A stretch of 64,000 bases of DNA from Perkinsus chesapeaki ATCC PRA-425 (taxonomy: Eukaryota; Protista; Perkinsozoa). Below the pieces are notes generated by a model, which was not told the origin of the DNA, ran no database searches, and saw nothing but the letters and a program-made list of their open reading frames with translations. This document shows, piece after piece, positions 24,169-36,417 of this stretch. The DNA is taken from assembly GCA_013115145.1 (NCBI GenBank), contig JAAPAO010000099.1, positions 14,397 to 78,396 on the forward strand. Reading direction: 5' to 3'. The position numbers were made by a program, and so were the translations under genes. The stretch's first letter is position 1, and every line of letters begins with the position of its first letter.

Positions 24169-25811
24169 ATTCGGCTCGTTCCGGCTCACCGTTACTGATA
24201 TTGTCTTCGACTCCTGTGGTCGCTGTTCTTCAAAGCCTAGCGGAGTGCTCGGAGACACCATTGGGGTGACCCCGAGCGATCAAGGTGGAACTGCAAGCAC
24301 ACCTCTCCACCAGATTTCTCTCTCAGTCGACCCCTCCGGGGAAATATCACCGAGCAGCAGCTCTGACACCTCTAGCCAAACCTCCTACGAAGCTGCTCCA
24401 GTAAGTGCAACTTACCATTGGTGACCACTATGTATTAAACGCACTGTGTAACCCTGTTGCGGAATATAAGATACCGTTGATGGAAGAACACCTGCCTCCC
24501 CCTTCCCATGTGCTCGAAATGTCTCCCGGGAATTATATCAGTTTTATGCATTTTACGTCATTACAGCCTGCTACCTTACATGCTAAATTATGTTTATCAG
24601 GTTTGTCGTATTTGTTTTGACGAGGGGTCCCGCGAGGATAAGCTGTTGCGGCCATGCGACTGCAGAGGGAGCGTCAAACACATACATCGATCCTGTCTAG
24701 AGTGAGAATCCTCTCTGCTCGTATATTGAAATTGTCATGCATTCCTTAGGAAATGGGTAGAGGGGCAGATGAGAACTCGGCGATTGGATAACGGTGGGGG
24801 TACATACCTCTTGAGACCCCTCAAGTGCGAGCTATGTCGAGTGTTCTATCGTAATGAATCCTACTCATCTGATCTATTACCGAGGTAAACTCGTCGATGT
24901 CGTTGTGATGAATTCAAAAGATGTCATTTTAGTGCGGCGAGCTGTACATTCCTCTGTAGATTCCACATGCCACCGCTGCATTCATTATTGTAATTTTCAG
25001 GCCGGCTTGTCCCCATGTTGTTCTAGAGGAGGTCCAACCATCTCACAACCATCACGTTCGAGACCAACACTCCGAGGCTCGACGGGTGAATCTGCTGATG
25101 AATGCACATATCTAAGGTTCATCCTCAGATTCACATTGTAGCATTCCCAAAACCGAGCTATGTTGGAACGATAGGGAGATCCAAAGACTGCGATGTTTTG
25201 CTCACTGATATCAGTGTCAGTCGAACTCATGCCGCTATGAAGTGCGTGTAATTGGAGGACTACTCTTTTCATATTATACAAATAGTTAGTACACCGGATT
25301 TGCTTGCTTGATCATTTTCGAGTCATTACTTACTGTGATCCTCGCCTTCCCTGTCTTTTCGGATGGCTACGATATGGCAGTATATTGGCTTACCAAGCGA
25401 TAGTGTCTTACAGCATACTAACAATTTACTGACAGGTGATGCGCGTCAGGATTGGGATTGGATTATCCACCAACATTCATGGCATGTGTTAGAATTTGGT
25501 AGATAGTCGATTGATGGTGCATTTGTTATATGTCAAGTCTGCTGCTCACTGTATTGCTCTCTAACATTCATATCAGGCTCACTCGGAATCGAATTCTTCT
25601 AGTTGACAGAGGCAGTAAGTTTGGGACCCTTCGAAAGATTGGAGACAGAGTTAGTCGAAGGCCGGCTATCATCTGGTCTATTTGGAATGCTCCTCAGGTT
25701 GAGGTGCCGCCGAACTGCACATTCGTACTTCAACATGGTTCCAGTATGTTTTCGTTCACTGCGTCTAAAGCCCTGAAGTACCGGTTATTCCCTTTGCGAT
25801 ATCTCTCACCG
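24169..25811 (+). CDS. RING-CH (RINGv) E3 ligase with FHA domain; gene probably extends beyond these bounds
   Basis: VCRICFDEG..LLRPCDCRGSVKHIHRSCLE..KW..KCELC gives a C4HC3 RINGv. FHA motifs TIGRSKDCDVLLTDISVSRTHA and LVDRGSKFGT are present. Confidence 0.88.
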
Positions 25812-28800
25812 GTGAGTTGCGTACTTGAAAGTCTTTATGTGAGAATGCCTGTTAGTAAAGGCGCGATTTGTCCAGCTAAGTTCCTCCTTGCTTTTGACGA
25901 AATAGAAGGGATAAGCCTCATCGAACTTGAACGTTTGATGAGATTTATCTACCGAAGTTCGTTACCTAGCGAATGGTATTGTGTATTTGGTTTATATGAA
26001 ATGGCGAAATGTTCCCTATAGGAGGACAAATACTGCTTGTTTGGAATAACACTTGGTAGGCTTTGCCGCCCAAGGAGAGAGAAGTAGCTCGACTGAAAGC
26101 GTACGCCGAAGGCTTGAAAGATGCCGGGATAGCTGATAAGATTGACAATATGGACGATGATAAAATCATTGCGGAGCTTAAGCGCGTCTTCCCCGAAACT
26201 GGCGTCAGGTGAGCGGACTTGGGTTCACCAGAGGGATATCTTACCATATCAGAATGTATCGCTCATGTCTACCACGTTTGGCCATGATAGAAGAAGCATG
26301 GCAGCATTCACGAACACTCAATATCCCAGCCCACGAGGGGGACAACCCTCGACCAACAATCGTGAGCACGCTTGTCGCCTGCCGTACGAGTATGTGTGCA
26401 ACTAGGCGAGTGACGGAGACATCCGAAGAGAATCGGACAGGGAGGACGAGATCAGTCCCCGTAAGCTGGCACCTTTTTTTCATTTTATCTTCAATAAACT
26501 TCAGGGCCTTTGGATCTGTCTATGCTCGGAGCTATTCAGCGGTCTATTGTAACCCCTCTCGCCCGAAGACTAACGTTTTCCGAGGTTGGTGTAAACATAC
26601 CTTGTCTGTGGTCGTGTAATTGCTCCTTTGCATTTGGTACTTACGGTACGCATGCCATTTCCGAGAAACTGCACTGAAATTTGCTGGGGAAGATCGAGTC
26701 TTACCAGAAGAGCTCGCTGGAACTCTTATGGTTGCCTCGAGTTTCCTCTGCGAGAATAGCCAGTGGCTATTAGCCACAGATATACTAAGCCTATGCCAGA
26801 TGATATCTTCCTACTGGCCCGACTCCACTCTGCTCAGGTTTTACCTGTGGAAAGCCAGCCCTCCCGTGACAGAGCGTTCAGCGTTCCTCGCCCATCTGGC
26901 TTGCGGCCATCACCGCGGACACCTCGCAGAGCAAGCATCTTTTTGCCCTTACAAGTATCTGTTTCATCGTGTTGACATCAGTATCACTGCGTTTTCGCAG
27001 ATTTTAGGAATCGAACGGCAAATGATTGATGAAGCCGAGACTGCCCGCGCGGGTGACCATGCGCCGGCAGCCCGGAATATGGTAGATGACATTCTTACAC
27101 CGCCACTGGTGGTCTTTTGCCGTTTCAGGATCGAATTCTAACGGAGCTCACGTCTAACGCTTCGAGATCCTCTGTGTTCCCAACTGGAATTAGCGAGGAC
27201 TCCGGGGATATCAATGAATCGAGCAGCCCGGCAAATTGATTATTTGATTGAAGCCTACTTTACCGAGTTAGGTTATTTATTACTCACATTGGTCGTACAT
27301 TATTTATTTGAGATATCATTGCACTTCCTGTACTGACATTGCCATGATGCTGCCGTTGGTGTTACCTCTTATGGTTTTGCGTGCAGTATGTTATACAATG
27401 ATTTCACACGGCCTTGTACCGTTATCCACAATAGCTCTCAGCGAATTGAGAACTACTCCAGGAGTGTGCGGAGATTACTCGGGACACGTGTGGCCTGGGT
27501 GATCAAGGATTGGCCGGTCAAAATCATGACGACGAAGCATTGCCACTGCCTTTGCGGCAGTGGACGCGCGCGGTATATTATGGCTGCGTAGGGTAGCATA
27601 TCCCGCGCGTCATATATCTTTCAGTTTCAGAGTCCTGGGGCCGATTTCACAACGCTGCCTCTCACTTCGCTCCTTACAAATAGGTGCGAGACGCAAGGTG
27701 CCTTGAGCTGTGAGGCGACCTATATCACACCTTACACCTTATGCACCTAATCATAAGGAGCAAGGTGAGATGCACCTCACCCAACGCCTTGCGCGCGAGA
27801 TTGAAGCACCCAAAAAGGCGATTTTTTGAAACTTCACCAACTCCGGGAGGTTCAAGCACCAATCGAAAGTGCATGCCATCCTGATTACAATGGTGCCTTG
27901 GATGATGTCAGATTCGATCAGGTTGCGGAGAAATGCGAGATTAAGGTTCGATGATTTATGTTGGGCCGCCAGAAATTTTCTAAAATTATAATTTATCCGG
28001 GGATAGGGCCCGTGCGCAGGTGGATCGTATACCACTGGAAAGGGCTACGAATTTCTGATCCAATGCTACCTTTTTCATCCTCAGACTCGATCGACATCAC
28101 ATTCAGATCGGCGCTGGACCATTTTTTTGACCAGTCTGTATAATAATTACCAACATTAATATACAATACAACACAGTGTACAATACAGCTTGCCAAATAA
28201 TCATAGATTATGGCGTATATTTTGTAAAAATTCTCGGCTATACACGCTCATCCGTGATCCACACTCGAATACATACGTGAATAATATAGTAAAGAAACGC
28301 TAAGATATTATATCTTCATTTGGGAGGCTGCTGTATATCCCAGTTAAATGCCTTGTTAATATTCGTCTACTACTATTGATTATATTAGTCGAATTAGTGG
28401 TAAAAAATGATAATTTCTCATTGGGACCAAGTTGGTCCCTGTAGTCAAGTTTTTTACGAGCTGCTAATACGATATTCACCGCTATTCTGGATAGTGGTGC
28501 GTCCTTGTCGTTGTTCCCTTATGACTTGATCCATTCTGTATCACCTGCTCCAAAGATTGAGCATACAGTGCAGACTCGGCGAATCCATACTGTCATGAAT
28601 GATGTCAACTTGGACCTCACTACTGTACTGGCATTCACGCTGTCGGGAAGACAGCTTGTACATATATTTTATATTGTAATGAATACTGCTCTAAGATTTC
28701 CCTTGCTATGATTGATTTTCAGTCAACCTATACGCTTTCCCTAGATTTTAGTGTGAAGCCACATACATATTCGGTGCGCGACACATGTACTACATGTTTA

Positions 28801-30046
28801 TAATGCTAAACCACATAATGCGCTGGGACATAAATGTCTATATGAAGTATTGTTCGGAAGAAGCCCAGCCATACCTGACCTAGGACGAAAAGGTTATGAT
28901 TTGCAAGAGCTTTATGATATATGGGATGAAGACCTCATGTCCGCACCTCATCATGAGGTACAGGTTAAGCAAGAGGAGCAATCTTGTGCCAACAAGTTGC
29001 AGTGCGACAAGCACTACAAGACCCAACCAAGATTTAAACCAACCATGATTTAGAAGATTATGCGGAAGGCAAAGTGGTCATGTGGTACACTAGAAGAGTT
29101 AGTTCAATGCGAATAGTAAGCTTGAGGATATTTATGAAGTGGGATGGAGAGTGATCGACCTTCTACACGGTTTCCTAATACAGCAGTGATATCTAGTGGT
29201 AGTGTGAAGAAGATTATAAACTGGAGATATGTTAAGCCTGATAATCACTGGGGAGAAGACTTCCCAGTAGTAGCGGATCATACAGCGAGAAGCAGTTATA
29301 AGGATAAGAACGATGAGAAGACCCCTAATTATGTTGTCGATGTAGACAGCGATGATGATAGAGAAGAAGAAAATGAACTACAGGGATGCGTGCAAGACTC
29401 GAATGAGCTACAGGTTCTAGCGTGGAACACTGTGTTTGTAGTTAGACTTTAATAGATAAGGTTGTTATACCCCTATAAGTTGGGTGTTGAGTTAACCACT
29501 AGCTATATACTGTTGGTCGCCAACGCGAAGCCGAGCAAGATCTATCTCTGAAAACGATTGGTCAGAAGTCACAAGGGCAAAAGCTCAGTATGCGAGCTGT
29601 TATGTGTAACCAAAAACTGCCAATGTTCCGCCCTCTTTTGCTTGCTCCCGGGAAGTGGAGATATGAGGTGAAAGCAATTAGGAGCAATGCCTTCGTGATA
29701 CATTTGACAACCAGTACGGCTACGGCACTGACCATGGATGCCAACACTCACTGAGCGCCTCGATCGTCGGCACAATCGCATGACCGCCCCCGTGCATCGG
29801 TATTTAATCGTCACGTCTTGCCGCGGCATTCGTATAAGTTTCGAACTCAAGCCTACATGCCACTGAAAATCGAAGTTGTGTCTACTGGCTACATCTAAAC
29901 GTCAGATTCTACAGGCCATGTTTTGTAGTGCAGCTCACTCGTACGCCATGGTCATGAGATAAAATATGTATAAGGAGAATAGACCAGAACTCCACGAGAG
30001 TAAGCATTCTAAGATAGGATGTTAGACTGAACCAGTACCAGTATCA

Positions 30047-30475
30047 CTAAGTGTGCTCAAATCGTCCTTCCCATTCCTCCGTGGTGGATCTCAACTCGAT
30101 AGCATTCTCGTTGTCAGACGGATTGAAGTAAAACGTCATTTCAGCAAAGTCTCCGATAACGATGCGGAGATCGCCGCAGGCATTCACCTGCTGCACGAGG
30201 TTAGTGCCTGTATGGTCGACCTTCACATTGTACGCTTCTTCCTTTAAATGGACAACTTGATACTGTAACCCTTGAACGGCAAGAGGACATCCCAGAATCA
30301 CGACATCCATTGAAAACGTGGGGTGACCAGCATTGAAAATGATCTCACCAGTGGCGTCTGGGACGGTACCCCCATAGACGCCGCTGGGGCGAGGAGTAGC
30401 TTGAAGGAGGCCTCTGAGTCCTTCGACGATTAAAGTGGAGATCATGAGAGCAAGGAAGGTGAAGAGACGGGTCAT
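30047..30475 (-). CDS. Intronless predicted secreted protein (~142 aa)
   Basis: The internal ATG gives a signal-peptide-like MTRLFTFLALMISTLIVEG followed by a beta-rich mature region. No introns. Confidence 0.6.
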   Translation of the reverse strand: MTRLFTFLALMISTLIVEGLRGLLQATPRPSGVYGGTVPDATGEIIFNAGHPTFSMDVVILGCPLAVQGLQYQVVHLKEEAYNVKVDHTGTNLVQQVNACGDLRIVIGDFAEMTFYFNPSDNENAIELRSTTEEWEGRFEHT

Positions 30476-30623
30476 TAGTGCGAACGTGACTGGAGCTGAA
30501 AACGGATACCGCTTGAGACTGAACTCTAGGAATGCTAGGTCACCTAACCTCGGCGCCACTGTCTTGATCCCTCTGAGGCTTGACTCGTGAAAAGCGAGTA
30601 GCGAAGCACTTTGCATACGCAGC

Positions 30624-30712
30624 GAACATCTGCGTGACGCGCGAAAGCCTTTCGCGCGCCACGCAGATGTTCCTAAGGTAGCGCAGGTAGCCTTCCGAAA
30701 GGCTACCTGCGC
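30624..30712. repeat. Twin GC-rich hairpins (24-bp arms with 1 mismatch; perfect 14-bp arms)
   Basis: Arms at 30624-30647/30649-30672 and 30681-30694/30699-30712. Confidence 0.95.
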
Positions 30713-31635
30713 GGGACTCCCTCCAGGTAGGTAAGGTTTCCTTGTGCCATCTCACCGAGTATACTGGGGTCAATTCCACGCTAAGCATGGAGGTTCTGTG
30801 ATTGTAGCCTCGGCCCAACTCAAGGCATTGAAGAGACAAACATTTCGTTACACTGGAGCACACCAGGTGAAGGGTCCTCACTGAGGACTTGCAGTTTCAA
30901 GATTATTCACCATACGTAACATTTTCCGTACGACTCAGTGTCTGGTTGGAAAGAATTCAGTCTTCACAATAAATCAGGATACGCTGGATTTTGATTATCT
31001 TTCACCCCCCGTTGTACCCTTGAATACCGCGATATAACTGCGTTGGTGGAGTGGAGGGCTCCACTGGAGCAGTAGTGGTAGGAGGATTGCGTATCCCTTC
31101 TGCAATTGTCGTTGGTAGATGACATCTACTAGATGTGTGCATGCTCTACTGTATGCGAATCGTTTCAGTCTAACTGCAGCAGCTCAGCCATGTCCGCCTG
31201 TGAATTCCTTGCATTCCTTTGTTGTTGTAGTAGTTCGTGGGCGTGGCGCTCCTTTCGTTGATGAGCTTTTTGCGTCACAAGGGTTTACTAACCGGACTCT
31301 TTTATCCGTGCTTTTGGTAAGAACTTCTTACCATCTGATGGTAACCATCAAGCTTGTCTCGCTTCATTATTTGTCTTTGAGGTCTCAGCCTAACCTTGAA
31401 GCTTGCCCGTCCGCTAAATTACAATTTGTAATCTTGTACTGTACAAGGCATGTGGGGTTTTGCTACCTGATTCGGTCTTTGTCTAGCGTAGTACCAATCG
31501 TCTTATCGATCATGACCCCCCTCCCCCCCACAAGCTAGAAAGCCTAGGTTAAGAGGCAAACCTTTGGGAAGGCTGTTTACGGCAACGTGATTCGAGTGAT
31601 TTGAATCTTCTGCTATAGTGAAGCGTTTCGTGTAG

Positions 31636-32337
31636 GTGATTGTTGATGTTATGTGCCCTCTCTATATCCGTATACCTAGTGGTGAGGACTTGCAGAGGTC
31701 TGTGGATTGTTTCCGCCAGTTGAGTGGCATGATGGACGTTTGGGCAGTGCTGGACGGGACTCACGTCAAAGTCCATCCTCCATCACAGCTGGAAGGAGCG
31801 TTCGTCAATAGGAATCATGAGCACTCCTTGAACTGCCAGGTTGTGTGCACCCACTACCTCGAAAATATGTAGCCTCTCGTCTAGATGGGGAGGGTCGGTT
31901 CACGACAGTCGAGTTTTTCGGAACTCGGCGCCTTGAAAGCGGGTGGAGGCCTGACGGTTTGAACCTCGTTCTGCTTGGCGATAGCGCGTATTCCAGCGCC
32001 TACTTGCGTACGCCACACTCTAGAGCGGCTCTATCATAGAGTGCTTACTGTCGATCAGCAAGAGTTTAACAATCGTCAACGGAGAGCCAGGACGGTCTTC
32101 GAGAGGTGCATTGGAGTACTCAAGATCAAGTTCAGGTCGTTGAAGGACTTCCGTATTAGGGGACCCAGGCAGACTGGTGCGAACTCCATGGAGCTCACTG
32201 CAAACGCTATTCGCCGAACATGCCCGAATAGTATTCGCGCATGTGTGGCTCTCCGTAACTTTCTGATCGTAGACAGGGCCGAGCAAGTAGAAGATGTTGA
32301 CTCTGATCTTGGTGATTCCAGCCCCTCGTCGGGGTAA
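31636..32337 (+). pseudogene. Decayed PIF/Harbinger (DDE_Tnp_4-type) transposase
   Basis: Motifs LDGTHV, HSLNCQVVC, LLGDSAY, FN..RARTVFERCIGVLKIKFRSL and ACVALRNF are spread over three frames, with stops upstream. Confidence 0.88.
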
Positions 32338-33469
32338 ATTGTGTATGAGCTATGTACTTTGTAACTTATTTGTAACGGATTTTGTGGAATCGTTCTTATC
32401 TTGAACCGAACTAGGGCTTGAGTTAGCTTTAAGGCAAAAACACTAGTGGACGGCACTTTTCCTAGTGAGGATGACGTTCCGAGCAGTTACTGGGAAAGTG
32501 AGAATGCACTTGAACACTGTGAGTGGGCACCCGTGCCGAGTACTCGGCCAAACATCTCGGAATACTCTCCTTTCCGAGCTGTTCCACTTGAACAGAGACG
32601 TGCTCGGATTTGGCGGGCTCGGACTCGGAACTCGGAGGTCGTTACTCAGACTCGGAACTCGGAGCAGTTGAGCACTTTAATGGGCTCCAGGAGTCCACTC
32701 TGAGGGCCTCTCCATTGTAGCCCTCATGTATTAACAGTTTCCAACCTTTTCACACTACTGTACGGCTTCGTCCACCATCCCATGGAATATAGCAAGCCTA
32801 TCCTAATCAGGTCCACCACAGCTGAGGTTATTTTTCGTGTAATGATTAGACTTGTCCCATTATCGTATGAGCTTAGTAGACCGAGTGCATCTGAAAGTAT
32901 TTTAAGTTGGAATTCCCAAGGTATCGTTATATGTTTGAAAACGCGTCCTCGATAGTAGGCAATGCCTCGCATATTGTATCGCGCGCAGTAACTCACTTCA
33001 ACACAACACTAACCTCGTCGATGAAGTTACCTCATATTTTCAGCATCCCGTCACGATCCATTGCCAATGTCAAACGGGCAGCATAAACAATAATCTAGAG
33101 TAAGCTAAAACAACAGTTCCACTGTCGAGTGGACTAGATCAGAATGGTATCGATCGGTGGTCAAATGGATGAAGGGGATGCGAGGATGATGATAATAATG
33201 ATGAAGGAAATGCCAGGAGCGACCTAGCGTAACTATTCGTAACGGCTTTTTATTAGTTTAGTATTATATGTACACTTAGGCAGATCCAAAGGATAAGCAA
33301 ATCCTGGTGGTGGTGGTATCAATCATAGAGATAACATAGCTTGAGCTTGTACATCTCATTACTAGGAAACATCGCACATGATGAGACCTTATGCAGACAA
33401 ACTACATTCAAGAGTATTAATAATAACAACTTACTACTACGAAGAAAGATACAAAACTATATCGAATGT

Positions 33470-36417
33470 CTAGCTGCCAACAAGGACAGTGGGAGATCTC
33501 AGTGGGACTCCCGATTTCGGGACGAATACTCGTCTGATGTTCGGAGGCATCGTGCTTTGTTTACATTTCTTCTTTCGATCACTTTGCTGAGAAGCTGCAG
33601 ATCCTCCAGAGAAATATCTCCTGTAACTTGTTCCGCGATGGACGCATGGTTTTGTCGGAGTAGAATAGCTACTTGTTAAATGTGAAAATGCCATAGCGAA
33701 GTGGTCCCATAGATAGCGAGAAGACGGCCTTGCACGGTCATCGGGAATCATCTGAAAGCATTGTTATTCAACGTACACACATTTATCCCAGAAAACCGCG
33801 GCAGAACGTTGAAAAATTCTTAGAAATTGACAGACTCGACACCAAGTGCGTTGAATAACGAAGACCAAACCTGGATGCGTTTTGTAGATCACTAGGTATA
33901 GGTAGAACAGGTCGACGCAGTCTTTTATTGTATGATGAACAATTGCTGAATTTCAGTTACACGAGAACTTCCAGTAACGCAAACAAGAAAAACAATGCGA
34001 GCAGAGCATCAATACTATAGTGATTCAGTGACGTCACATACTAAGACCACTACAAGGTTGCTATGTTCGATTAGAATGCAATTTGAAGGTACCCTCTTAC
34101 GCAAGCGTCTGCAACATCCATCATGTCAGCTAGTTGGGCGTTTGGCGGATCCCTCAGATTCAGCCTGTCCTTAGCTCTATAAATATCTATTAAATACACA
34201 ACTTGTACCATTACCAAACCAAGTGAGTAGATATCACAACTGCACTGTTGGCATAATGGATGATTCGGGCATGCGTACCTGAACCATGACATACTGAAGC
34301 CGGCAATGGGAATAGATGTACTCGACAGTAGCACATGCTGCAGTAGCGGCGCCATTATCCAGCTCCTTTACAGTAAAGCATCCACCGAAATCACACAACT
34401 TAGCTATGTATGAATGTGACAGAAGTACCTAAAGACCGACCCATATCATGAATAGGCATCATACTAGCAGAGTTGCTGATATCATATAGGGCAAGATCAC
34501 TGGGTTTAGAGTTCGGAGTTCTCACTTTCATAGACAATGGCGACTCACGGTTATTGTCAGCAAAGAAATATCAATTGTCATTGACAAGAGTGCTTGTCAA
34601 AAAACGTGATATATCTCAAATTTATTTGGAGGACTGCATAACCGAATAGACACTAATATGTCTATAATACGATGATGATGATGATGATGAAGTGATATCA
34701 GTAGTAGTTGTATTATAACACATCATAGGTGAATCTCAAATAGGGTTCTGACTCGGGAGATCCTCCTACATTAGCTGGTTTGATGTCTCGATGGACGTAT
34801 CCTTGAGAATGCATAAAGTGTAGAGCTGAGCTAACATCACGTAATATACCAATTCTGGTGAGGGTAGAGGGTACCTAATAAACAACAGGTATTAAGTTAT
34901 ACTATTGGCACTATAATCTGTCATGACAACTATACTCTACCGCTCAAGCGAATAAAACGGAATGAAGTGCATTTTATAGATTTCACCATCAGAACCATAG
35001 AGAAAGTAATAGAGGAACATTAGATGTTCACAGAAGGAATGCATTCAAAGTTCCCTTGTTCTAGATCAAAATTGGACATTCGTGCTAGAGGCACCTTGCC
35101 GTTCCTAGTGGGGGCATAATTCCGTCAGGGTAGATGACTCCTCGATGCTGAGAAGGATGAGATTTTAAACACCAAGTAAAGCTTCACTTTAAACGCGTAT
35201 CATTGATAACACAGTATTTTGCCACATGTCTTACTGTTAAATAACAAACTCTATCGGAGCCTACATAGACAGTTCAACTGTCACAGTTGAAAAAGGCTCC
35301 CTGTGGTGAGTGACCCAACAGGAATCCACTGGGTTATGTCCCACTAGTACTATTACCGGTAATGGGCCAACACCCTCAATAACAGCCTGTAGTGACGTAG
35401 CCATTTCTTCCATAACTATCAGACATGAGCCTTGTCCAGCAGCAGCAGCATCCTCATCATCAGCCTGTCCAGCAGCGACAAAACCAAGCATTGTGACTAT
35501 GTTAGGGTGAGACTGCAGCTTGGAGAGTGTGGTGACTTCTCGGACGAATTGGGGATCTTGTCCGCCCATCGCCGGAGAACGGCCCAGTCCACGGCTGACC
35601 TGATAAACACTCCCTTCCCGTGCACGACTGAGACCAAACCGATGGTAATACAGCTTCCAACCGTACAGCTCATATGTGAATCACCACTAACTAGTTGCTG
35701 GAGCACGCCCATCGGAGACGTCATGTCCATTTTCCTAGCTTGTCAATATTTCTTAAGAGTCACGATTTTCGGTATCCTCATTAGAATACAGGTCGTAATT
35801 AGGTATAGATAGTGCTACTAATATCATATACAACTGCTGTGGATTCACAGTACTAATAGTGTTATCAACCTATATGATAGTATATCCCAGGTTACCCAGT
35901 CTGGGTTGGAGCTTTGTAGAGTGATGATGACTATGATGAACGACTGACTAGACTGCTTAATATCGAGTATATTATTAGAATACACGCCTGTGAGTAGTCT
36001 CCTATAATTATTTATTATTACCTTGATTGCACAACGGTTGTTGCCATGAACCATACCAGAGCATACATATCCGAATGTCCCACCGCCTAGATAGCCTGGA
36101 TGATGATGCTGCTGGTAATGACCACGAAGAGGGAGCGACGATGGATCAGGCGCCCTGCTCATCTGTACCTGTGATATCATTACCACTGGCAGCCGGCTGG
36201 CGACAATGTTATTTGTTACATCCGATCTGTTCAACTGAAATTTCTTTATTTCATCTGTAATGCTGTCTTTGCCGAGCATCATGTCGCTCGTAACACCAGC
36301 AGCAGGGGGAGGAGGAGGAGGAATTGCTCCATCGTAATTGATATTTTGCTGGCGCAATTGCGCCACTTGTTGTGCATAACAGCCAGTGGCGGCATGACGA
36401 TGATCTAGTGGATAGAA
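33470..36417 (-). CDS. Ser/Thr (TKL-like) protein kinase, multi-exon; low-complexity exons up to ~38400 may be its N-terminus
   Basis: Subdomains GGGTFG, AIK, FVREV..HPNIV, HRDIKPAN (~34770-34800), KLCDFG (~34390), DIYSLG and DRARPS. Confidence 0.88.

Noticed and set aside
94-30888. Isolated 6-8-bp hairpins (e.g. 94-115, 8527-8543, 28423-28439, 30874-30888)
   Set aside because: Several hairpins of this size are expected by chance in 64 kb.
31119-31538. Myb/SANT partner gene of the Harbinger element
   Set aside because: No convincing Trp-spaced motif in any frame, and the minus-strand frames have many stops.
33470-33751. BED zinc finger / hAT fragment (YLWDHF)
   Set aside because: It is better explained as kinase subdomain XI (DRARPSSRYLWDHF), and the CxxC/HxxxxH ligands are missing.
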